From: a virus | Lineage: Duplodnaviria > Caudoviricetes | DNA: 54,992 bases | Virus record (IMG/VR): IMGVR_UViG_3300032318_002733 | Location: 1-54,992 of that record | Direction: 5' to 3' (one strand) | Shown here: positions 9,731 to 19,328 of the stretch, piece after piece | Layout of the letters: every line of letters begins with the position of its first letter | Numbering within the stretch: position 1 is the first letter of the stretch | Program-made: the position numbers and the translations under genes | Notes under the pieces: model-generated | Databases searched by the model: none | What the model saw: the letters and a program-made list of their open reading frames with translations, nothing else | Told to the model about the DNA's origin: nothing

Positions 9731-12727
9731 ATGTTAACAATAGAATCACATATCCTAAGTGAAATAACCACACACCTCAAATACGCCAAGTATTTACCCG
9801 AAAAAAACAGACGTGAAACATGGGAAGAATTAGTTACACGTAACAAAGAAATGCATATTGAAAAATATCCTCAATTAAAGGATGAAATTGAAGAAGCATA
9901 TCAATTTGTTTATGATAAAAAAGTTCTCCCATCTATGAGAAGCCTTCAATTTGGAGGAAAACCCATTGCAATCAATAATGCTAGAATATTTAATTGTTCA
10001 TATTTACCAATTGATGATTATAGAGCATTTTCTGAAATAATGTTTTTACTACTTTCAGGATGTGGGGTTGGGTATTCAGTTCAAACACATCATGTAGAAA
10101 AACTTCCTGAAATTAGAAAACCTTTAAAATCAAAACGTTATTTAGTAGGAGATTCAATTGAAGGATGGGCTGATGCCATTCGTATGTTAACTAAGGCTTA
10201 TTTTGGTTATACATCTACTGCTCCTTTATTTGATTTTAGAGATATTAGACCAAAAGGTGCCTCATTAATTACAGTGGGAGGTCGTGCACCCGGTGCTGAA
10301 CCTTTGAAAATTGCTTTGGTACATATTCAAGCTATTTTTGATAGAAAAAAAGATGGTGAAAAACTAACTACTTTAGAATGCCATGACATTATATGTCATT
10401 TAGCTGATGCGGTTTTATCAGGTGGAATTAGAAGGGCAGCTCTAATTGCTTTATTTAATTTACATGATGAAGACATGTTAACATGTAAGTTTGGAAGTTG
10501 GTGGGAAAATAACCCTCAAAGAGGAAGAGCAAACAATTCTGCTGTATTGCTTCGTAATAAAATTGATAAAGAAACATTTTTGAATCTTTGGAAAAAAATT
10601 GAAGCCTCCAATAGTGGTGAACCCGGTTTCTTATTTACAAATGATAAAGACGCAGGTACCAACCCTTGTGCTGAAATTAACCTAAAAGCCAACCAATTCT
10701 GTTTAACTAAAGATACTTTAATATTAACAGATGAGGGGTATAAGACAATAGAGGAACTTTTGGAAAAAGAACAATTACCAAAGATAATATCAAATTATAT
10801 TAGTGATAAAAATACTGTTGAAGATAAAAGTTCTTTTTCAAAACATAGTTTTAAAATATTTTCTACTGGGGTGAAACCTGTATTTGAGATAAAAACCCAT
10901 AGAGGGCCATCTATTAAAGCTACTTCTAATCATAAATTCTTAACACAAGATGGATATGTTGCTGTAGAAGATTTGGATTTAGATTATCATAACCTTTATA
11001 TGGCCCAAGATAATACTTCTGTGGTTTATAATTATATAGAACGTGAGGGTTTTAATGAATATGATTTTCTTGGGTGGTTATTAGGTGATGGTTATTATAC
11101 TAATAACCCTAATAATTTAAAAAATAGATATGAAACATTAGGATTAGTTTTTGGTTCAGAAGAAGATGTTTTTGCTAAAAACGTTTTAAAACCTATATTT
11201 GAAAATCTTCTTCAAGAAGCAGTAGATGCTGGAGTTACTAGAAGTAAAGAATTTAATTTAACCCCATACAGAGATAAAAATGGAGTAGTTACATTAGTAA
11301 CTAGTTCAACCAAATCCCGATATATAGCTAATAAATTTAATCTTACTCCTGGTACAGCTAAAGATAAAACCTTACCCGAAATTTATTGGTCATTATCTAT
11401 GGAAAATAAAGCAAGAATATTAAGCGCCTTATTCTCAGCTGATGGTTCAGTAACAGATACAAAACATAGAAAAATTATTCAATTATCTATGTCTAATCCT
11501 GTATTAGCCCAACAAATTCAATTAGCCCTTACAGAATTTGGTATATCTAGTAAATATACTATTTCTGAAAGGAAAAATAGTAAGAGGTGTAAAACTGAAG
11601 TAATATTGCAAATAGGAAATAAAACTAACATAGAAACTTTTAAAAATAATATTGGTTTTAGTTTACATCCAAGAAAACAACATGATTTAGATAATATTAC
11701 TTATCAAGTAACTCATGGTTTTAAAAACCATAATAAATTTTCAATAGAAAGTATTGAGTATATAGGGGAAGAAGAAGTATATGATATAACTGTTGAAGAT
11801 TCACATAATTTTATAGCTAATGGAATAATAACACATAATTGCAACTTATGTGAAATTAACGCTTCAGATATAGAAACACAAGAAGAATATAATGCAAGAG
11901 CTAAAGCAGCAGCATTTATTGGTACACTACAAGCCTCATATACTGATTTTCATTACTTGAGAGATGTTTGGAAAAAAACCACCGAAAAAGAAGCATTATT
12001 GGGTATTGGAATGACGGGTATTGCTTCAGGAGCTGTCTTAAAACTTGATATGAAACAAGCAGCCAAAATTGCTTGTGATGAAAACGAACGAGTAGCCAAA
12101 ATTATTGATATCAACAAGGCAGCTCGTGTTACTACAGTAAAACCATCAGGCACTACTTCTTTGGTATTAGGTACTTCATCAGGTATTCATGCATGGCACG
12201 ACAATTATTATATGAGAAGGATTCGTGTAGGTAAAAATGAAGCTCTTTACACTTATTTATCTATCTATCATCCTGAAATGTTGGAAGATGATTTCTTTAA
12301 ACCTAATATTCAAGCGGTAATATCTGTTCCTCAAAAAGCCCCTGAAAATGCTATCACTCGTAAAGAATCGGCTTTAGATATGCTTGAGAGAATTAAAAAG
12401 GTAAATAAAGAATGGATTAAACCTGGTCACAGAAAAGGCTCAAATATGCATAACGTATCTGCTACTGTTACTATCAAACAAAATGAATGGCCTACAGTAG
12501 GTGATTGGTTATATGAAAATAGAGAATACTTTACAGCATTGTCTTTCCTTCCTGAAGACTTGGGAACTTATGTACAAACTCCTTATCAAACAATAACTAA
12601 AGAAGAGTTTGAATCAGCGATATCTTCATTACACGCTGTTGATTTAACTAAAGTAATTGAAATGGGTGATAATACAGCTTTGATGGACCAGCAAGCGTGT
12701 ACAGGAGCTAGTTGTGAAATTGTTTAA
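9731..12727 (+). CDS. nrdJ: Class II (B12-dependent) ribonucleotide reductase with intein
   Basis: PSMR, FNC, GGIRRAA, GEPG, TNPCAEI, CNL, TTVKPSGT, C-terminal CTGASCE. Confidence 0.9.
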   Translation: MLTIESHILSEITTHLKYAKYLPEKNRRETWEELVTRNKEMHIEKYPQLKDEIEEAYQFVYDKKVLPSMRSLQFGGKPIAINNARIFNCSYLPIDDYRAFSEIMFLLLSGCGVGYSVQTHHVEKLPEIRKPLKSKRYLVGDSIEGWADAIRMLTKAYFGYTSTAPLFDFRDIRPKGASLITVGGRAPGAEPLKIALVHIQAIFDRKKDGEKLTTLECHDIICHLADAVLSGGIRRAALIALFNLHDEDMLTCKFGSWWENNPQRGRANNSAVLLRNKIDKETFLNLWKKIEASNSGEPGFLFTNDKDAGTNPCAEINLKANQFCLTKDTLILTDEGYKTIEELLEKEQLPKIISNYISDKNTVEDKSSFSKHSFKIFSTGVKPVFEIKTHRGPSIKATSNHKFLTQDGYVAVEDLDLDYHNLYMAQDNTSVVYNYIEREGFNEYDFLGWLLGDGYYTNNPNNLKNRYETLGLVFGSEEDVFAKNVLKPIFENLLQEAVDAGVTRSKEFNLTPYRDKNGVVTLVTSSTKSRYIANKFNLTPGTAKDKTLPEIYWSLSMENKARILSALFSADGSVTDTKHRKIIQLSMSNPVLAQQIQLALTEFGISSKYTISERKNSKRCKTEVILQIGNKTNIETFKNNIGFSLHPRKQHDLDNITYQVTHGFKNHNKFSIESIEYIGEEEVYDITVEDSHNFIANGIITHNCNLCEINASDIETQEEYNARAKAAAFIGTLQASYTDFHYLRDVWKKTTEKEALLGIGMTGIASGAVLKLDMKQAAKIACDENERVAKIIDINKAARVTTVKPSGTTSLVLGTSSGIHAWHDNYYMRRIRVGKNEALYTYLSIYHPEMLEDDFFKPNIQAVISVPQKAPENAITRKESALDMLERIKKVNKEWIKPGHRKGSNMHNVSATVTIKQNEWPTVGDWLYENREYFTALSFLPEDLGTYVQTPYQTITKEEFESAISSLHAVDLTKVIEMGDNTALMDQQACTGASCEIV
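10700..11839 (+). mobile_element. 380-aa intein with LAGLIDADG homing endonuclease
   Basis: Starts CLTKDT, block B ATSNHKF, LGWLLGDG and LSALFSADG motifs, ends VYDITV...ITHN followed by Cys. Confidence 0.95.
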
Positions 12728-12729
12728 TT

Positions 12730-13704
12730 ATGTTCCAAAAAATCAAAGAAAGAATATTCCCTTCCCTAATAGCACTATCAGCACTATCAGTTAGTGTGTC
12801 TGCTGCTTATTACAGTGTAACTGGTCTCGGTATGTTATTTGCCGGGGCCAGTTTGGCTGTAATGGTTTTGGCAAGTTGTTTAGAGATAGCCAAGTTAATA
12901 ATAGCGTCTTTACTCTATCAATATAGAAAAACATTACCTAAATTACTTAAAATATACCTAACAATATCGGCTGTTGTATTAGTATTAATAACGTCTGCTG
13001 GGATATATGGGTTTTTAAGTAGTTCATACCAAACCACTAAAGACCAATCAACCATAGTAGAATCTAAAATTGCTGCTTTAGAATCCAAAAAGAAATTATT
13101 TGAGGAAACTAGAGACAATATTTTAAAAGAAAAACAATCTATTGCTAATTTACAAGGTACTTTATCTCAAGCATCCACTACTCAATATACTGATAAAAAG
13201 GGTAATCTAGTAATAAAATCAAATAATGCTACAATTAAAAATATTGAATCTGCTTCTCAATCAAATGAAAAATTATCCTCCAAAATTGATATCATAAATG
13301 ATTCTATATTTGCTATTGAATCTAAAATACTTGAGATAAAAACTACAGCTGTTGGTCAAAGTGAATTAGGACCTTTAAAATATATTAGTTCTCTTACAGG
13401 TATTGAAATGGATAAAATTATAAATTGGTATATTTTAGTTATTATATTTGTGTTTGACCCATTAGCTATATCTTTGGTAATTGCTTCAAATTTTGCTTTC
13501 TCACAAATAAACAAAAAACCAGAAACTATAGTAGAATCCCAACCTGTTTATACTCCTAAAACCAAAGAACCTGTGGTTGAACCTCAAGAAAACATTTACG
13601 GGGAAAATACTAATTTTCCTACAAAAAACAATAAATTTATAAATATTCTAAATAATATTACTAAAAACAATCCCAAAGACGAGGATACTATAAGATATTT
13701 TTAA
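12730..13704 (+). CDS. Membrane protein with coiled-coil region
   Basis: Three N-terminal hydrophobic segments and one C-terminal (IIFVFDPLAI). Confidence 0.7.
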   Translation: MFQKIKERIFPSLIALSALSVSVSAAYYSVTGLGMLFAGASLAVMVLASCLEIAKLIIASLLYQYRKTLPKLLKIYLTISAVVLVLITSAGIYGFLSSSYQTTKDQSTIVESKIAALESKKKLFEETRDNILKEKQSIANLQGTLSQASTTQYTDKKGNLVIKSNNATIKNIESASQSNEKLSSKIDIINDSIFAIESKILEIKTTAVGQSELGPLKYISSLTGIEMDKIINWYILVIIFVFDPLAISLVIASNFAFSQINKKPETIVESQPVYTPKTKEPVVEPQENIYGENTNFPTKNNKFINILNNITKNNPKDEDTIRYF

Positions 13705-13713
13705 AAACTTTCG

Positions 13714-13731
13714 ATAAATTTTCAAATTTAT
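13714..13731. repeat. 18-bp palindrome ATAAATTT-TC-AAATTTAT, copy 2 of 3
   Basis: Compensatory C>T and G>A changes relative to copy 1. Confidence 0.8.
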
Positions 13732-13776
13732 TTTTAAACCTAAAATTTGTTTCATATATTTATAACAAATAACAAT

Positions 13777-14034
13777 ATGAAACAATCAGAACTACGTCAA
13801 ATCATCAAAGAGGAAGTTTCTAAAGTATTAAATGAAAATATAAATATTGATACTAAGGGAGATAATAAACCTAGTATGAGTTTAATAAATAAAAAAATAA
13901 ATGGTGTTGATACTACTATGGTTGAAGTAAAAAATTATTTTTATCATAATGGGGTAATTCAAGATAAAGAATTTTTAATGAAATTACAAGATGGTTTTGC
14001 AAAAGTTTGGGACGATTTAACATCTAACCTTTAA
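13777..14034 (+). CDS. Small leader-bearing protein (MKQSELRQIIKEEVSKVLNE)
   Basis: TATTTATA at 13757; shared leader. Confidence 0.75.
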   Translation: MKQSELRQIIKEEVSKVLNENINIDTKGDNKPSMSLINKKINGVDTTMVEVKNYFYHNGVIQDKEFLMKLQDGFAKVWDDLTSNL

Positions 14035-14048
14035 TAGATAATAAACAC

Positions 14049-14375
14049 ATGAGACATTTACAATTAAGACAACTAATCAAAGAGGAAGTTTCTAAAGTAT
14101 TAAATGAAAATAAGTTCAACCCACCCCACACCCCAGCCAGTTTAGGAACTAATTCTCCAGAAAGAGCACTTGAATTTTTTAAATCCCAACTTGAGGCTGC
14201 CAGGAAAGAAATGAGAAGTCATATGAGTCATCCATCAATGAAGGCACTTCTTTCTCTTCCTGGTGATTTAAGACGTAAACAAACCCCACAATATATTAAA
14301 GATTTATCTCGAGATATAAATTATTATCAGGATGCAGTAGAATATACTGAAAATTTTATCAAAAATAAAAAATAA
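14049..14375 (+). CDS. Small leader-bearing protein (MRHLQLRQLIKEEVSKVLNE)
   Basis: 37-nt identity of 14076-14112 with 13804-13840. Confidence 0.75.
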   Translation: MRHLQLRQLIKEEVSKVLNENKFNPPHTPASLGTNSPERALEFFKSQLEAARKEMRSHMSHPSMKALLSLPGDLRRKQTPQYIKDLSRDINYYQDAVEYTENFIKNKK

Positions 14376-14378
14376 AAA

Positions 14379-14414
14379 AAGGCTTGGAAATTCAAGTCTT
14401 CTTTCGTATATTTA
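14379..14414 (+). promoter_or_regulatory. Hairpin/terminator with TTGG-N19-TATATT promoter
   Basis: AAGGCTTG...CAAGTCTT; TTGG at 14384, TATATT at 14407. Confidence 0.75.
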
Positions 14415-14436
14415 CCATGTAATAAGAAAAACAGTT

Positions 14437-14703
14437 ATGACAAACAACAACAAATTCCGTGCTTTTATGGGTTATCAAACAGGTGATTTTGATAATGCCC
14501 CTGCTATCTACACAGATAGTGCTGATTTTCTTACTGAAGAAGAAGCCAATACATGGATTTTATCAATGTATAATGCTGATTTGGGTTTTGAGTGTTCTAC
14601 AATTGAACTGTTAGTTCAAGATTCTGATTTGGCCCAAATTGAAGAATATGAACAACAAGAACAAATGCGATTTGAACTTGGTATTCCAAAAAACCTTTAT
14701 TAA
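14437..14703 (+). CDS. Hypothetical acidic protein
   Basis: 88-aa ORF behind the promoter. Confidence 0.65.
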   Translation: MTNNNKFRAFMGYQTGDFDNAPAIYTDSADFLTEEEANTWILSMYNADLGFECSTIELLVQDSDLAQIEEYEQQEQMRFELGIPKNLY

Positions 14704-14704
14704 A

Positions 14705-15211
14705 ATGATAAATTATGATGATGTATTGAGTTGGAAAAAATCATATAATCCATCTCCCCCCCTTCCAAACAAAACTTACAATAAATTTTTTTGGTGGCGT
14801 CGTTATCAAGAACACAAATTCTTACCTAAACCATCTTGTATTTTTGATAAAGCCCAAAATGGTGATTTTGAGGTTTCACCTTATTGGAAACAAATTCAAT
14901 GGGAACATTGGTTTGAAGAACAAGAACTATCCAAATTTAAAACTAATTATACTGGTTCATATGAGGATATTGATTGGCATGAAAGACAAATCACAAAATT
15001 ATATTGGGAAAGACGTAAACGTTTGTTGAAAGATTCTGAAAAAGATGATTTGAATAGGTGGGAACTTTTAGTCAAAAACCTAAAAACATACTATGGAGGT
15101 TCAGAAGAACAAATAAAAGACATGTTTGAATCATTTCATGGTACAATGGAAGAATTTATTGTTGCCTATCGTGAATCTAAAAATCTACTACAAAAAACAA
15201 AACTTTCTTAA
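14705..15211 (+). CDS. Hypothetical protein
   Basis: ATG 14705 immediately after the previous stop. Confidence 0.65.
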   Translation: MINYDDVLSWKKSYNPSPPLPNKTYNKFFWWRRYQEHKFLPKPSCIFDKAQNGDFEVSPYWKQIQWEHWFEEQELSKFKTNYTGSYEDIDWHERQITKLYWERRKRLLKDSEKDDLNRWELLVKNLKTYYGGSEEQIKDMFESFHGTMEEFIVAYRESKNLLQKTKLS

Positions 15212-15233
15212 AATTTAACATATTTATAACCAT

Positions 15234-15563
15234 ATGAAACCAGCAGATAACTTTGACTTAAGAAAATTCATTACAGAAAATAAAATTACTACACAATCTC
15301 GTTTAAATGAAAATTCTCGTTCTGATATGTGGAAATTAGATGTATGGGAACTAGATGGAAGGTCCTTTGGAAGTTTAAAAGATGTTATACTTTATCAAGC
15401 TATAAAGAAGAATTTAATATCTAGAGAATATGTAGATCACCCTGATGTACAAGATGCTTTAGAATATACAATTGATAATTTTGAACCTAATGCTGACTCA
15501 ACCCCACAACAAGCATATCAAAAATTTAAAGAATATTTAGGAGCAGAAGAAAGTCCTTATTGA
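15234..15563 (+). CDS. Small leader-bearing protein (MKPADNFDLRKFITE)
   Basis: TATTTATA at 15221; leader shared with 5134. Confidence 0.75.
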   Translation: MKPADNFDLRKFITENKITTQSRLNENSRSDMWKLDVWELDGRSFGSLKDVILYQAIKKNLISREYVDHPDVQDALEYTIDNFEPNADSTPQQAYQKFKEYLGAEESPY

Positions 15564-15577
15564 TTTTAAATTAAACT

Positions 15578-15611
15578 AAAGTTTGGAAAACCAAACTTTT
15601 TTTATTACATT
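15578..15611 (+). terminator. Terminator hairpin overlapping a TTGG-N19-TACATT promoter
   Basis: AAAGTTTGG-aaaa-CCAAACTTT followed by a T run. Confidence 0.75.
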
Positions 15612-15617
15612 CTAGTT

Positions 15618-16472
15618 ATGAAAATCAGTCATGAGGTTCCATTATGTTTACTTAAAATAAGTAAAGATTTTAATGATTACCAATATGCCCTTGTTCATCT
15701 TTTAGAACAAGATGAAACATATAGAAATCATTTTATTGAATGTAAAAAAGAAGGAATCCCTATTTATTTAGATAATAGTTTACATGAACTTGGAACAGCA
15801 ATAGGAGGTGATATCCTAATAAAATGGATAAACATTTTAGAACCAGAATGTGTTTTTATACCTGATGTATGGCAGGATACGAATGCCTCCATTGTCAATG
15901 CCAAACAATGGTCTAAAGTTGATTTACCTAAAAATGTCACTAAAGTGGCTGTAGTTCAAGCAAAAAATATAACAAATGCTGGTATATGTTATCAGACTTA
16001 TAAAGATTTAGGATATAAAAAAATAGCATTTTCATATGGGGCGGATTATTACAAAGATTTATTTCCTCATCCTAACAAGGATATGGCGCAAGCTTTAGGT
16101 AGAGTTTATACTATTTCTACTTTATATAAAAAAGATATAATTCAATCCACAGACAAAATTCATTTGTTGGGTACAGCATGTCCTTTTGAATTTAGTTTAT
16201 ATAAAAACCTACCTTTTATTGATTCAATTGATACCTCCAATCCTATTATGGCTACCATAGATGGTATTAGATATAATAACATGGGGATAATTAATAAGCC
16301 AAAATCAAATATGAATAATCATTTCCATACTAAAAATATTGATATTGATTTACTGATTCATAACCTAAATTCATTTAGAAATCTAATAAAAAATGGTGTA
16401 ATGAAATTGTCCTTTGATAATGGTAAAATAAAAAGTAAATATTATTTAGTATCTCATGATATCACTTTATGA
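15618..16472 (+). CDS. TGT/DpdA-like TIM-barrel protein (candidate 7-deazaguanine transglycosylase)
   Basis: YLDNS, IPD, VVQ, IHLLG, DSIDTS echo the DSG/PD/Q/HxLG/SxD pattern of tRNA-guanine transglycosylase relatives; next to the que genes. Confidence 0.55.
   Translation: MKISHEVPLCLLKISKDFNDYQYALVHLLEQDETYRNHFIECKKEGIPIYLDNSLHELGTAIGGDILIKWINILEPECVFIPDVWQDTNASIVNAKQWSKVDLPKNVTKVAVVQAKNITNAGICYQTYKDLGYKKIAFSYGADYYKDLFPHPNKDMAQALGRVYTISTLYKKDIIQSTDKIHLLGTACPFEFSLYKNLPFIDSIDTSNPIMATIDGIRYNNMGIINKPKSNMNNHFHTKNIDIDLLIHNLNSFRNLIKNGVMKLSFDNGKIKSKYYLVSHDITL
16393..16454 (+). repeat. 62-bp copy of the 3' end of the sliding clamp gene (32109-32170)
   Basis: 61/62 identical; both encode GVMKLSFDNGKIKSKYYLVS in frame. 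Confidence 0.95.
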
Positions 16473-16644
16473 TTATCTCGGAAAACCAGCTGGTTCAGAA
16501 CTAGGAAAACAAGTAGCTGAACTTGCTGTGAAACAAAAAATTACAATTGGAGAAAGGTATGTTGATACTTTAAGATATAAAGGAAAAATACTTTTGTACC
16601 CAAAAGAATTTCTAGATTTTTATTTTAAAAAATCTTCAATTTAA
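16456..16644 (+). CDS. Hypothetical phage protein
   Basis: 62-aa ORF MISLYDYLGKPAG. Confidence 0.65.
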   Translation: MISLYDYLGKPAGSELGKQVAELAVKQKITIGERYVDTLRYKGKILLYPKEFLDFYFKKSSI

Positions 16645-16694
16645 TTAGGTATTAATAAAACTTCTTCGTACATTAATTGTATAATAAAAAAGTC

Positions 16695-16820
16695 ATGAAA
16701 TATAAAGTAGCTGATTCACAAGATTGGGAAAAAATTCTAAGTAAATTGAGAAAACATAGATTGGCTCTTACTTTAGAACAAGAACAAATTATCCGAGACA
16801 TTGCTAATAAATTACCATGA
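16695..16820 (+). CDS. 41-aa hypothetical protein (not in ORF track)
   Basis: MKYKVADSQDWEKILSK...; follows TAGG-N19-TACATT at 16646; ATGA overlap with the next gene. Confidence 0.6.
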   Translation: MKYKVADSQDWEKILSKLRKHRLALTLEQEQIIRDIANKLP

Positions 16821-17347
16821 AAAATAAACCCAAAACAATTTCAAGTCCATTGGATCTTTTCAATGTACTGCATTTTCTATTTCCTGATATTGGATTAGGA
16901 GGATCTTTATTTTTGAGTCAACTTAATTTGCTTGATAGAAATCCCAAAGACCTAGATATTAATATTAGAAAAAATTCAAAATTTATTGAATATGCTAAAT
17001 TTTTATCAAAAATTAGTCCATGTAAATCTTATCATTATCAATATGATTCCAATCATATAAGGTTTAGAATTGGGGAAATTGATGTATGTGTTTTTATTTA
17101 TGATAAAGATATTTTTATTTTAGATGAAATTTTGAATGCTAAAATTAAATATGCCAAAAAATCCCATACCCCGAGTGGACAAAAACACGCTAAGGATCTT
17201 GAATATATTCGAAATATTTTTGAAACTAAGCCTTTGATGGTTAAAATGTTATATTTAAATAATTATTTAAGTAGAGAATTTAAATTTCCTGAACAAAAAA
17301 ATAAAAATAAAAATAACATTTCATTATTAGAGGATTTACCCTTTTAA
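16817..17347 (+). CDS. Nucleotidyltransferase-fold protein
   Basis: GGS...DLDI...EIDV motif of the polymerase-beta superfamily. Confidence 0.6.
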   Translation: MKNKPKTISSPLDLFNVLHFLFPDIGLGGSLFLSQLNLLDRNPKDLDINIRKNSKFIEYAKFLSKISPCKSYHYQYDSNHIRFRIGEIDVCVFIYDKDIFILDEILNAKIKYAKKSHTPSGQKHAKDLEYIRNIFETKPLMVKMLYLNNYLSREFKFPEQKNKNKNNISLLEDLPF

Positions 17348-17361
17348 AAAAAAATTTTAAT

Positions 17362-17721
17362 ATGTTACATAACAAAACATTTACAGGAGAATTAAATATA
17401 TCTCATTCTTTGACACCGCTTATGGGAAGTGCAGGTTGTATTTACAATAGCGGTGGGATTACATTTCCATCAACTCCAAATAATAGTATCACAGTTTTAA
17501 CAACATCTAAATCAAACATAATTATGCAAAACAAAGTAGCAGTCTTTAAAGTAACAAGAGACGAAAACAACAAAATCACTAGTACAGAGTTTATTAAAGA
17601 ACTTTGGGTAGAAACCAAAAATGGATCTACGGTAGATTTCCAAGTAGCTAGAGATAAAGATTTGGAAAACTATCAATCCCATGAATTGGTTATTAAAACA
17701 ATTTCAACAGTAACTTTTTAA
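17362..17721 (+). CDS. Hypothetical protein
   Basis: 119-aa ORF. Confidence 0.6.
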   Translation: MLHNKTFTGELNISHSLTPLMGSAGCIYNSGGITFPSTPNNSITVLTTSKSNIIMQNKVAVFKVTRDENNKITSTEFIKELWVETKNGSTVDFQVARDKDLENYQSHELVIKTISTVTF

Positions 17722-17722
17722 T

Positions 17723-18616
17723 ATGAATAAACAAGCTGTAATTTCACTAAGTGGAGGGATGGATAGTAGTACCTTACTATTGCATCTTTTGTCCCAAGGT
17801 TATGAATGTACATGTATTTCTTTTGATTATGGACAAAAACATCGAGTTGAGTTAGAACGAGCAAAACAATTGGTTGAATATATTAATTCAACTTTACTTG
17901 ATATGATTCCTGTTAAACATCAAATTATTAAATTAGATGGATTATCTGAATTGTTAGTAAGTGGGTTAGTAGATAATAACTCAATGGAATTGAAAAAAGG
18001 ACATTATGCCCATGAAAACGCATTAACATCAGTTGTACCTAACCGTAATGCTATATTTTCTTCCATAACATATGCAGTAGCATTGTCTGTGGTTAAAAAA
18101 ACAGGAAGTGATTGTGTAATAGCATTAGGAACTCATATGGGTGATTATAATAATAATAAAAAAGAAGGAATATACCCTGATTGCTCAGAAGAATTTAAAC
18201 AAGCCATAGAATATGCTTTTAAAATAGGAAATTGGGATTCAGATAAAGTTGATTATTATGCTCCATATAATGTAACTGATAAAACAGGGGTATTAAAAGA
18301 TGGAATTGAATGTTGTGAAAAATTAGGATTAGACTACAAAGAAATTTATAAACGCACTAATACTAGTTATGATCCTATCAAACTGAAAATGTATTATACT
18401 TTATCAAATGGAGATATAGAAGAAATAGAAGAATGGTTTAGTGATTATAAAAGTGGAAGTTCTATTGAAAGAATAGAATCATTTACAATGTTAGGCCTTC
18501 AAGACCCAATTCAATATGCTGATGAATATGGTTTAGTAACATGGGAATATGTTAAAACATATGTAGAAGAAGTTTTAAAAGAATATGAAAACCAAAATTC
18601 AACATTATCGTCCTGA
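17723..18616 (+). CDS. queC: 7-cyano-7-deazaguanine synthase
   Basis: SLSGGMDS, FDYGQKH, VPNRN, YPDC; the C-terminal Zn cysteines appear absent. Confidence 0.9.
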   Translation: MNKQAVISLSGGMDSSTLLLHLLSQGYECTCISFDYGQKHRVELERAKQLVEYINSTLLDMIPVKHQIIKLDGLSELLVSGLVDNNSMELKKGHYAHENALTSVVPNRNAIFSSITYAVALSVVKKTGSDCVIALGTHMGDYNNNKKEGIYPDCSEEFKQAIEYAFKIGNWDSDKVDYYAPYNVTDKTGVLKDGIECCEKLGLDYKEIYKRTNTSYDPIKLKMYYTLSNGDIEEIEEWFSDYKSGSSIERIESFTMLGLQDPIQYADEYGLVTWEYVKTYVEEVLKEYENQNSTLSS

Positions 18617-18788
18617 GTTTGTTGTTTTGAATAAACACAACCAAGTGTTTTCAGGAATGAAAAGAGGATACTATGATTGGTCAGATGATTGGACTCAAGC
18701 CAAACCATTATTTAAAGACGGTACTCAACGACTTATGGAAGAACACCCTCATTCAGAATTAATTGAATTAAATGATTTTATAAAATGA
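18585..18788 (+). CDS. Hypothetical protein
   Basis: 67-aa ORF with coupled overlaps. Confidence 0.6.
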   Translation: MKTKIQHYRPEFVVLNKHNQVFSGMKRGYYDWSDDWTQAKPLFKDGTQRLMEEHPHSELIELNDFIK

Positions 18789-19030
18789 AAAAACTAATAT
18801 ATTTTACCTCATTAGGGTGTCAACCCTGCCAAACATTTGGTCCTATAATGGACCAAATATCAAAAGTAATTTCTGTAGAAAAAGTAACTACAGACTATGA
18901 AATGAATAGAGCTAAACTTGCAAATGTAAGAAGTGTTCCTACAGTTATTTTGGTTCAAAATAACCAAGAACTAAATAAATTTACAGGTATTAGAAGTTAT
19001 GAACAAGTAATACAATTTATCAACAATTAA
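18785..19030 (+). CDS. Thioredoxin-like protein
   Basis: CQPC, VRSVPT. Confidence 0.85.
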   Translation: MKKLIYFTSLGCQPCQTFGPIMDQISKVISVEKVTTDYEMNRAKLANVRSVPTVILVQNNQELNKFTGIRSYEQVIQFINN

Positions 19031-19031
19031 T

Positions 19032-19262
19032 ATGGCAGAATTTAGTAAACAATGGTGTGAAATCAACGACCCAGAAATGATTGAGGATTTTGATATTCAT
19101 GAAGAAATTAGTGAACTTCCAAATGAACATTATATTAATCTAATATGTGAAGGGTTTGGTTTTATAGCTGTGGGAAAAAATGAAAATGGAAATATCATTT
19201 TTGCATTCCCTAAAAATGATGAAGAAGTTGAATGGAAATCATATGAATCAATTATTAAGTAA
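19032..19262 (+). CDS. Hypothetical protein
   Basis: 76-aa ORF. Confidence 0.6.
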   Translation: MAEFSKQWCEINDPEMIEDFDIHEEISELPNEHYINLICEGFGFIAVGKNENGNIIFAFPKNDEEVEWKSYESIIK

Positions 19263-19328
19263 TTATTGGAGGCATTGGTATTTTTTTCTTTCATTGTTGA
19301 TTTTTGCTTTTTGTAATATTTATAATAA

